A stretch of DNA of 17,766 nt from Promethearchaeota archaeon (GTDB taxonomy: Archaea > Asgardarchaeota > Hermodarchaeia > Hermodarchaeales > Hermodarchaeaceae): the NCBI GenBank assembly GCA_048938295.1, contig JBHLMI010000023.1, positions 28,790-46,555 on the forward strand, written 5' to 3'. A program made the position numbers and the translations under genes. This document shows, in pieces, positions 6,795-14,696 of this stretch; positions within the stretch are counted from its first letter, which is position 1, and the number at the start of each line of letters is the position of its first letter. The notes under the pieces are model-generated. The model was given only the letters and a program-made list of their open reading frames with translations, had not been told where the DNA came from and searched no databases.

Positions 6795-7154
6795 ATGGAA
6801 ACTGAAGATGTGTTGCAGGTTCTCCGGCGGGTCCTTGATCCTGAACACCCAGTAAACGTTGTCGAAATGGGTCTTGTCACAGAAGAAGACATTACCATCA
6901 ACGGTGATGAAATCCACATCCAATTTACTCCCACTGTTCCTCAATGCCCCATGGGTGCAGTGATTGGCATTATAATTCGGAAAGCGGTGGAAGATGAATT
7001 TCCTAAGAACAAAGTCTCTGTTCAGGTTAAACCTGGCACCCACATGCGAGAAGACGCCTGCAATTCGATGATCAACAATGATGACCAATATTATTCTGCC
7101 ATCGAGAAGCTCAATGCCTCAGGAGCTCTCGATCGACTAATTCTCAAAGAATAA
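6795..7154 (+). CDS. DUF59/MIP18-family Fe-S assembly protein, CIA2 (FAM96)-like
   Basis: DPEHP, FTPTVPQCPMGAVIGIIIR, KVSVQVKPGTH..E...N. The ATG at 6795 is preferred: the ORF-track extension from 6654 is non-conserved sequence containing a TTTAAA box at ~6754-6759. Confidence 0.85.
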   Translation: METEDVLQVLRRVLDPEHPVNVVEMGLVTEEDITINGDEIHIQFTPTVPQCPMGAVIGIIIRKAVEDEFPKNKVSVQVKPGTHMREDACNSMINNDDQYYSAIEKLNASGALDRLILKE

Positions 7155-7326
7155 GCAACCACAGATGATTCTATAAACACAATGTCAATCCCAAAGTGTC
7201 TGGAAACACTATCAGACAATATCTAGTTGGTTTGGTTTTTTCGCAAACGGAGCTGCTCTACCTTCTCCGGTGATAAAGTTTTAAGAATATATACCGCCAG
7301 ATTTTAACTGCTGGGTAGGCGTGCCG

Positions 7327-8004
7327 ATGTTGCAACCTTCTATTTATAAGAAGGAACCAGAATCTGTAACGGTTCCCAAAAACATGCTTGATGAATTCAT
7401 CAAAGCAGAGGATTTTGTCACCAAGTATTTTGAAACCTCCCGGCATCTCCCGAAAGAAGGTAAATACCTCATTGGCAACCAACGTTATGTCGCTCTTCCT
7501 GCAGAATTTGTAACGACAATGCGAGAACGAATCGCCCTCTCGGGAAGCGGAGAACTAGCTGATCTCATAATCTATGAAGTGGCGAAATATTTTGGGCAAC
7601 TAGATGCCCGAGACTATCAGCAACGCATGAATGTTCAAGATCCAGTTGGAATGCTCTCAGCAGGACCAATCCAGTTTAGCTTTCGTGGCTTCGCGCATGT
7701 TAACATCTTCTCCATCAGCAACCCAACACCCGATGAAAATTATCTGCTCGTCTATGACCACCTTAATTCCTTTGAAGTTGAAGCCGCGGAGAAGAAAAAC
7801 GAGATAACTCATTCACCACGCTGTTTCTTTAATGCAGGTTACTCAGCAGGATGGTGTGAAGAAAGTTTTGGCATACCATTGCAAGCCCGCGAAATAACCT
7901 GCCGTGCCATGGGTGATCCCTCCTGTCGTTTTGTAATGGCACACAAGAACCACATCCTCAAACACGTCACCACAGAAGAAATGGAGAAATACAAAGCACT
8001 CTAG
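7327..8004 (+). CDS. Stand-alone XylR-N + V4R (4VR) ligand-binding domain protein
   Basis: 'GKYLIGNQRYVALP' (XylR-N-like), GP..F..RG, NSFEVE, and the Zn-site pattern C..NAGYSAGW...E.TC..MGDPSCRF. ATG 7327 is preferred (GGTAGG 7 nt upstream); GTG 7321 is the alternative. Confidence 0.85.
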   Translation: MLQPSIYKKEPESVTVPKNMLDEFIKAEDFVTKYFETSRHLPKEGKYLIGNQRYVALPAEFVTTMRERIALSGSGELADLIIYEVAKYFGQLDARDYQQRMNVQDPVGMLSAGPIQFSFRGFAHVNIFSISNPTPDENYLLVYDHLNSFEVEAAEKKNEITHSPRCFFNAGYSAGWCEESFGIPLQAREITCRAMGDPSCRFVMAHKNHILKHVTTEEMEKYKAL

Positions 8005-8070
8005 CCTGTGACCTTCTTGTTCCAAGATTTTGCTGGAAACGCAAGCCTTTTCGACTAATTCACCCTTGCT

Positions 8071-9777
8071 TTGGCTAGGCTGATTGCAGTGGGAACTTCA
8101 CGGATACTCGTCTTATCGTTAGTTTGCACTTTTCTTTTAGCCCCGTTGCTTTCACCCCAAATTACTCTACCAATGTCATTAGGACCTACTTCTGAGGTAC
8201 TTTGGCCTATCGCAAAACCTGCACCATTCGCGTATGATCGAAGTTTCCAAAAGAGCCCAGGAACAGTCACATGGATTTGGGATCAATATTCAGACGCACC
8301 TGGCCCAATGCAAGGTGATGATGTCCTTCATTGGGGACCGACCCTTGGCCCATATCACAATTACACAGAAGTCCTTGCTCATATCGGTGACCGGTTAACC
8401 GACTTCTCTGAGCTCATTGATGTATTTACCATTGGAGTCAGTTATAACGGGCTCTCCATTCCTTGTATCCAAATCACAGCACCCGGAGACACCTCGCAGC
8501 GACAGGGATTCCTCATAGTGGCTCATCATCATGGTCGGGAAGCGATCACAGTGGAAAATGCCCTCTATTTTGTAGATTACTTACTCGCGTATTTTGACGA
8601 TCCTGAAGTACAACGAATACTAGAGCACTTCGTTCTCTATATCATTCCCACACTTAATCCAGATGTGCTCGGGATGCTTCACATCAATCCCTGGCAGCGG
8701 AAAAACCTTCACCCCACCGACGAAGATGGTGATGGGCTAGCCGATGAATGGGAGGTTCAAGATGTTAACGGGGATTTCACCATTGCCTTCTTTGAAAATC
8801 CAGATGAATACTACTACACATACGAAGGAATAGATCTTGACGGTGATGGTGAAACCGGTGAAGACTTACCAGGTGGAATTGACCTTAATCGTAATTACCC
8901 GGTTGCCTTTAGTGCAGGCAGCAGCGATCCACGTTCAGAGGTTTATCATGGCACAACCTCATTCAGTGAACCCGAAACTCAAGCAATGCTGAACTTCACC
9001 GTGCATCATCACCAAAACCTCGCCTTTGGTGTGTCACTCCACAGTGGCACTGATGTATTGTTAACGCCTTGGTGTCATACCAGTGAACCCAGCTATCATG
9101 AACCCTTCTTCGCTAATCTCGGTGCCGCAGTGCAGGCTGCTTCAGGATTTGAATGGTGGAGTGCCACACAACTATATCCTTCCTACGGTACTTGGGATGA
9201 TTGGCTTTATGGTGAATACGACATCCCCGCAGTCACCTTAGAAGTCTATGGTAATGAATCTGCTTGGGGATACAGCATCTGGGATTACTTCAATCCAAGC
9301 GCTGACCAAGTTTTAGCAAATTGCGAAAAGGTACGGGACGCCATCTTCGCTATGGCTGAGGTGCTCTTAGATGAACCTGGTGAACCGCTCATTATAGTTC
9401 CAAGCGTGGTCTCGAGTGGAGTATCGACTTTAGTTTCGGTTTATATTGATCAGAGTCTCAGTGGATTTGATTTGCTTTTCTTGGAATATCGTTTTGATCC
9501 AATGCACAACCACAATTGGGTCGGTGTACCTCTCATCTATCAAGGTGGCAATCGCTACAATGTCTTTGTGCCTGCACCGATCATGGATGGGCTCATGGAA
9601 CTTCATGTTTATGGCAGAGATTTCGCTGGCCATACGATCTATTCTGACTCAATACTCTACACAATCTCCACTGCGTTCTTCTTCGGACAAATCATTGCTG
9701 TCATCGTTGTCGCTATCGTTGTAGTTGTTATTGTGATACTTGTTATGCGTCGTCGACGACGACACCATGGGACTTAG
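8071..9777 (+). CDS. Secreted, C-terminally membrane-anchored M14 zinc carboxypeptidase
   Basis: HHGRE (HxxE), NPD, RKN, DLNRNY, SLHS, catalytic TLEV. N-terminal hydrophobic signal. C-terminal TM helix followed by RRRRRHH. Start codon (TTG) uncertain. Confidence 0.88.
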   Translation: MARLIAVGTSRILVLSLVCTFLLAPLLSPQITLPMSLGPTSEVLWPIAKPAPFAYDRSFQKSPGTVTWIWDQYSDAPGPMQGDDVLHWGPTLGPYHNYTEVLAHIGDRLTDFSELIDVFTIGVSYNGLSIPCIQITAPGDTSQRQGFLIVAHHHGREAITVENALYFVDYLLAYFDDPEVQRILEHFVLYIIPTLNPDVLGMLHINPWQRKNLHPTDEDGDGLADEWEVQDVNGDFTIAFFENPDEYYYTYEGIDLDGDGETGEDLPGGIDLNRNYPVAFSAGSSDPRSEVYHGTTSFSEPETQAMLNFTVHHHQNLAFGVSLHSGTDVLLTPWCHTSEPSYHEPFFANLGAAVQAASGFEWWSATQLYPSYGTWDDWLYGEYDIPAVTLEVYGNESAWGYSIWDYFNPSADQVLANCEKVRDAIFAMAEVLLDEPGEPLIIVPSVVSSGVSTLVSVYIDQSLSGFDLLFLEYRFDPMHNHNWVGVPLIYQGGNRYNVFVPAPIMDGLMELHVYGRDFAGHTIYSDSILYTISTAFFFGQIIAVIVVAIVVVVIVILVMRRRRRHHGT

Positions 9778-9852
9778 AATCATCGGAAAGTAAGGCTTTT
9801 TGGGGATGTAAAGCCAACACGTAATACTCATCAGGCTCATGGAGGTTCAACA

Positions 9853-11316
9853 ATGCCCCAAAAAACCGACCAACTCATTGCGGTAATAGACCTTGGCACA
9901 ACAGGCAACAGATCAGTGCTGTTTGATACTCAAGGTCATGAAATTGCAAAAGCCTATCGGGAATTTCCTACTATAACCGATGAACCTGAACAGGCTGAAC
10001 AAGATGCTCACGACTGGTGGCGGACAACACAGGAAACAATGAGGGCAGTGACTAGCCACAAATCAGTCAATCCTAACGCTATCAGCGCCGTATCTGTGGT
10101 GACTCAGCGTGCCACTCTCCTTCCCCTCGATAAAACAGGAAAGCCATTGGCTCGGGCTATCACCTGGATCGATATGCGCATTTCACCCTCTGCAAAAAAA
10201 TTTGAGGCATTGGTGAAACAACGAATAAGTCTTCGTCGTGCCCTTTGGTTCAAAGACATGCATCCAGAGATTTTCAGCAAAACATCGACATTCGCCACCC
10301 CTGATGCTTTCTTGTATCACCGGCTTACAGGAACTTTGGCATCGGATCTGACAAATCATGATTTTGGGATCCTTAATCCTGAAACGTTCACACTCGATGA
10401 AAAGCTTGGCGAAGAACTAGAGTTACCGATTTCCCTGTGGCCAAAACTTGTCCATTCAGGCACGATTGTGGGCGAGACCACAAAGGAGGCTGAAACTGCT
10501 ACAGGTTTACCAGCGGGCATACCGGTGGTTGTTGGAGGCGGTGACCAACAATGCGCTACCTTAGGATTAGGCGTTCTACACACGAGTGAAGCGAAACTCA
10601 CACTTGGAACGGGAACGTTCATCCTAACACCGGTGGAGAAAATCCTCAAAGATCCACTGGGTGTTCTCTTTACCCATCCACATGTCCTTCCCAATCAACG
10701 CGTATTGGAAGGTGTTATACCAGACACGGGAACGATTCTCCGTTGGTTCCGGGATCAATTTGGTCATGTGGAAGTCGCGGTAGCTGAGCGACTCGGTACA
10801 GATCCTTATGATTACATTGTGGACCAAGCAGCCCAAGCTCCTCCGGGAAGTGATGGACTCACTCTCTTTCCTTTCTTTACTTGGGGGTTGGGGAAAATTC
10901 AAGGACTCAGCTTCCACCATTCTCGGACACATATCGCGCGAGCCATTCTCGAAAGCGTAGCATATGCTGCCCGGTTCTCAATTGATACTATGTTCTCTGT
11001 CGGAGTCATATTAAACGAACTCCGTCTTGATGGTGGTGGGGCAAGATCCGCTCTCTGGCGGCAAATCCTTTGTGATGTAACTAACAAGCCATGTATCTAT
11101 ACTCACGTGGATGAAGGAACAGCTCTCGGTGCGGCAATATTAGCCTCCCTTGGGCTCAAATTGTTTTCAACGGTTGAGAAAGCCGTCAAGGCGATGGTTC
11201 ATCAACGTGAAATCTTATCACCCAACACCAACAATGCTGAAGCTTATAATCAAGGTTACTCCAAGTTCCAGCAAACCCTCATGAGCAATATCCAAGAAAT
11301 CCTTAAACATGTCTAA
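9853..11316 (+). CDS. FGGY-family carbohydrate kinase (xylulokinase/glycerol kinase superfamily)
   Basis: IDLGTTGNRS, GGGDQ, TLGTG, LDGGGARS..W.QI..DV, EGTALGAAILA. GGAGG RBS. Confidence 0.9.
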   Translation: MPQKTDQLIAVIDLGTTGNRSVLFDTQGHEIAKAYREFPTITDEPEQAEQDAHDWWRTTQETMRAVTSHKSVNPNAISAVSVVTQRATLLPLDKTGKPLARAITWIDMRISPSAKKFEALVKQRISLRRALWFKDMHPEIFSKTSTFATPDAFLYHRLTGTLASDLTNHDFGILNPETFTLDEKLGEELELPISLWPKLVHSGTIVGETTKEAETATGLPAGIPVVVGGGDQQCATLGLGVLHTSEAKLTLGTGTFILTPVEKILKDPLGVLFTHPHVLPNQRVLEGVIPDTGTILRWFRDQFGHVEVAVAERLGTDPYDYIVDQAAQAPPGSDGLTLFPFFTWGLGKIQGLSFHHSRTHIARAILESVAYAARFSIDTMFSVGVILNELRLDGGGARSALWRQILCDVTNKPCIYTHVDEGTALGAAILASLGLKLFSTVEKAVKAMVHQREILSPNTNNAEAYNQGYSKFQQTLMSNIQEILKHV

Positions 11317-11333
11317 AAGATGGAAGTGAGAAA

Positions 11334-11864
11334 ATGGATGCTTTGGAAGCAATCACCACAAGACGATCAATCCGAACATTTACAGGGAATGATGTCTCAT
11401 CGGACCAGGTTTCGCTTTTGCTAGAGGCTATGATTGCTAGTCCAAGCGCAGGAAATCAGCAACCATGGCGAATCTATGTTATTCGAGACAAAAAGATCAA
11501 ACGGAAACTAGCTATCGGAGCACATGACCAAGATTTTATTGAAAAAGCTCCAGTGGTCTTCGTTATATGTCGTGTTCCAGAGGTGTCTGGTGCGGTATAC
11601 GGTAATCGCGGACGAAGTTTCTACTCAATTCAAGATACAGCTGCTATGACGCAGAACCTTTTACTCGCTACCCATGCGCTGGGCTTAGGCTCTTGTTGGG
11701 TAGGGGCGTTCAACGATGATGCCATTGTAGCTGCATTGGAATGCTCAAAGGGTGTGCTGCCAGTTGCCATTGTGCCAGTTGGTTATCCCGCTGAATCACC
11801 ATCACGTCGAGCGCGTCGGTCAATTGATTCGGTTGTCCTCTTTCTTCCGCCTGACCAAGGCTAG
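11334..11864 (+). CDS. Nitroreductase-family flavoprotein
   Basis: RRSIRTF, SPSAGNQQPW, QNLLLATHALGLGSCWVGAF, PVGYP. Starts 17 nt after the kinase, so probably co-transcribed. Confidence 0.92.
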   Translation: MDALEAITTRRSIRTFTGNDVSSDQVSLLLEAMIASPSAGNQQPWRIYVIRDKKIKRKLAIGAHDQDFIEKAPVVFVICRVPEVSGAVYGNRGRSFYSIQDTAAMTQNLLLATHALGLGSCWVGAFNDDAIVAALECSKGVLPVAIVPVGYPAESPSRRARRSIDSVVLFLPPDQG

Positions 11865-11865
11865 T

Positions 11866-12543
11866 CTACATTCTCTTTCCAAGTATTAAGAGAACACAGA
11901 GTGGAAACACCCACACCATTGCAAATACAGCTGAGATGATTTCGGGAATGGCGACGCCGGTGAAGGGAAGCAGACTTAGATAGTAGGCGACCCAGATTAG
12001 GGCACTACTCAAGGCTAAAATGAATGCCACAATCCCAATGAGCCGGAGGTGCTTTTCTTGCATCAGACGAACGCCATAAATCATACCGGCAATTAAGAGT
12101 GTCACAAAGAATCCCAGAGACACGATGAAATGTGTATAGCCAAAACCCTCGTGGAAGACACCGATGCCAATTAGGAAGAACTGTGAGATGGTTAGCAGAA
12201 TCGCGGCAATTACTCCGATAATTGATCCTTCAAAGATTTGGTAGCGAATTAGCCACACTGTTAGGATCAATGTGATGAGACCGGTGAGAATGAGGCTGGT
12301 GTTGAAGATTGGTGCGGCAGGATTCAGCCCAGGTACTCCATGCGATCCGCCCAACATTGTGGGATGACCTAAATCACTAAGAGCATTGTCGAACCAATTA
12401 AACCAAGGAGAAACCCAGATTGCAAGGGCAATTCCGATTAATGCGAGTATTGGACCGATTATGCCGCAGAGACCTGAAAAGCGGGATGAGATGAGGAATT
12501 CTACCACGGGATGTATAGTTTTTTGCTCCTCTGTTTCGTTCAA
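11866..12543 (-). CDS. DUF998-like multi-pass membrane protein
   Basis: About 6 hydrophobic helices, 'WFNWFDNALSDLG' motif, F...L..TG, G.GVF...H. TTG start. Confidence 0.7.
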   Translation of the reverse strand: MNETEEQKTIHPVVEFLISSRFSGLCGIIGPILALIGIALAIWVSPWFNWFDNALSDLGHPTMLGGSHGVPGLNPAAPIFNTSLILTGLITLILTVWLIRYQIFEGSIIGVIAAILLTISQFFLIGIGVFHEGFGYTHFIVSLGFFVTLLIAGMIYGVRLMQEKHLRLIGIVAFILALSSALIWVAYYLSLLPFTGVAIPEIISAVFAMVWVFPLCVLLILGKRM

Positions 12544-12769
12544 TTAAGTTACCCTCTTTGCTACGAGTTATTACCCGTTAAGGATTGAGGATAGAGATAA
12601 GACTTGTGCCCGATGTACTTCCGTAAAAAACAGGATTTACATCTACATTGAGGAATAATGCTAACGGTTAAGTTGATTCTTTACCTATGTTGACTTGGAT
12701 TTTTCACATTGCTGAAACGGACTCTAATATCCAGTTGCATTAATAGTAATATTTATTCTAGACAGCTAG

Positions 12770-13255
12770 AGAACAGAAACTGAGGGAATACCAATTATAC
12801 TCACTTTACTCAGTGGAATTATAATCTTCTATGTCCTTTGGCGGAAAAAGAGTGGGAAGCTCTTTTTGTATGCAGTTACTGTTAGTGTGATGCTTCTTCT
12901 CGCACTGTGTGAAACGTGGCTCGTCACCATCTGGCAGCCCATCCCCGTGCGAATTGGCGACTGGCGGTACCTCATCGCCAATTGGTTCGCCTTTCCCTAC
13001 ACCGTATATTTTCGTCAAGATGAACAACTAATGATATTTGTCCAGCTTGGTGTAATCATTGCATTTGGGAATCTTCCATTGTTTCTCCTGGTATCTCCCC
13101 AAGTTGTTAGGTATTCGGCGGACATGGTGTTCTGGTTCGCCCAAATCCGAATGCTCGCCTTCTACATTATCTTCAGCTTTCACCTCATCGTCATCCTCGT
13201 TTTCCTGTTTATCGTCTTCAGTTTTGACCTTTTACACCATTATTTTTCAAAGTAG
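12770..13255 (+). pseudogene. Hydrophobic multi-pass membrane protein frame with no proper 5' start (possibly disrupted)
   Basis: The frame is open from 12770, after a TAG at 12767-12769, and encodes a TM-like helix (GIPIILTLLSGIIIFYVLWRKK) before the first TTG at 12866. There is no ATG/GTG in that stretch. Confidence 0.4.
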
Positions 13256-13381
13256 ATGTAAAGATAGTTACCCGTAGATATCAAATCTCGTAGCTGAACC
13301 GGTGTATTCAGATAGCTATGGCAAAGCTGGGAATGTACCTAAAAATTACCAAAACGATTTCTGGTAAGGATGCACCAGGGT

Positions 13382-13405
13382 GTGCCTATTTTGGTAAATA
13401 GGCAC
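13382..13405. terminator. Perfect 10-bp hairpin over the HD gene stop codon
   Basis: GTGCCTATTT-TGGT-AAATAGGCAC. The HD stop codon (13386-13388) lies in one arm. Confidence 0.4.
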
Positions 13406-14018
13406 GCAATTCTGCTGGTAGTGGTTCGCCAATAGTCTGAAACTCTGATGCCAACGTTTGCATAAAGGTGACAAGAAGTTGGTGTCTAGGTTCTGCAAGT
13501 CGTTTACCTGTCTCGGTGAGGATCCGATCTCGTAGTTTCAACAGCTTATGATCCATGTGCTCAATTGTGCCATGGAGACCCCGTTTCTGCATCAGACTTT
13601 CCGCGATGGTTCGTGCAAGTCCTAAGGCGCCCATCGCATCAAGTTTATCTGCATCACTAAGGATTTCCCCTTCAAGTGTTTCAGGCTTTTTGTTCTCACT
13701 GAACCTATGTGTCCGAATAGCACTAGCAACTAATGGTAATTTCTCCTTGGGAAATGGGGTCGTTGCAAGGAATGCGACTGCCATATTAGCCCCAACTTTA
13801 GCATGTGACTCACCAGTAACCTCTTCTTCTGGACGTCCGATGTCATGTAATAACGCTGCGGCCTCAAGGACCTCTAAATCCGCTCCTTCTCTTTTCCCAA
13901 TGAGCAGACATAATTGGCGCACCCGCAGAGTATGCTCATAAGAATGCGCACCCCGTTTTCCCACTTTGATGGCGCTATGTGCAAACTCTTCAATTGCTCC
14001 AACTAGTTCAGCATCCAT
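13386..14018 (-). CDS. HD-domain metal-dependent phosphohydrolase (COG1418/YedJ-like)
   Basis: H...HT.RV, AALLHDIGR, HA..GA, I..HRFS, DADKLDAMGA.G.AR. The ATG at 14018 follows GGTGA by 6 nt; the ORF track starts at GTG 14024. Confidence 0.9.
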   Translation of the reverse strand: MDAELVGAIEEFAHSAIKVGKRGAHSYEHTLRVRQLCLLIGKREGADLEVLEAAALLHDIGRPEEEVTGESHAKVGANMAVAFLATTPFPKEKLPLVASAIRTHRFSENKKPETLEGEILSDADKLDAMGALGLARTIAESLMQKRGLHGTIEHMDHKLLKLRDRILTETGKRLAEPRHQLLVTFMQTLASEFQTIGEPLPAELRAYLPK

Positions 14019-14190
14019 TTTCACTCACCAAGATAAATCGACAAACTGGATTATTCCCTAATCCGATCGATGTGATAAAAGAGTAGTCCAATCACAGAAT
14101 TGAGAAAGTAAAGGCAATCTGGCGCTCTGCAGGCAAAAGACGTAAAGTATAAGGGCACAGTTTCTGCGGGAATAGTGAAAATACTCATGG

Positions 14191-14682
14191 ATGTCGATTT
14201 GCATGGGCTTACTTGGTTTTCTTCTCCTCGTCATCGGTGGCAGTATTGTACTGTATTCAGGCACATCGATTGCCCTTGATCCTGTTTATGGAGGCCTTCT
14301 TATTACTTTTATCAATTCAATTCTTGGACCTCCAATTGGAGACCAGATAGTATCTGCACTTACCTTTGTAACGAGCATCGGTGGAATTCTCGTCATCATC
14401 GGGGCAATTATATGGTATGCGGCAGGATCCGGTACATTTGCCTTAATTGGTCGAATAATCGTAGCAGTAGCTACCTTTGCTGCTCTCTTCTATTTAGTTA
14501 CTCAAATTCTTGGAATAGTCGGTTCAGGACTATTTAGTCAACCAATTGGAGTAATCATCGCCTATTTCTTAGGTCCAGGATTGGGCATTGTTGGTGTCGC
14601 GATGATTTTGATTGGAGACGTCGTTGGAGCTGGACGAAAGAAGAAGAAGCCGGCTTCCGATTCAGATACTAGTGGCACATAG
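14191..14682 (+). CDS. Gly-rich membrane protein of unknown function, about 4 TM helices, basic C-terminal tail
   Basis: Hydrophobic G/I/L/V segments ending in GRKKKKP. No recognisable motif. The start could be 14191 or 14203. Confidence 0.7.
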   Translation: MSICMGLLGFLLLVIGGSIVLYSGTSIALDPVYGGLLITFINSILGPPIGDQIVSALTFVTSIGGILVIIGAIIWYAAGSGTFALIGRIIVAVATFAALFYLVTQILGIVGSGLFSQPIGVIIAYFLGPGLGIVGVAMILIGDVVGAGRKKKKPASDSDTSGT

Positions 14683-14696
14683 CTTCCAAGTTTCAC

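Noticed and set aside
12658-12885. Possible 75-aa selenoprotein by reading two in-frame TGAs (including a Cys-TGA pair)
   Set aside because: No resemblance to known selenoprotein families, no SECIS identified, and a better membrane-protein frame overlaps it.
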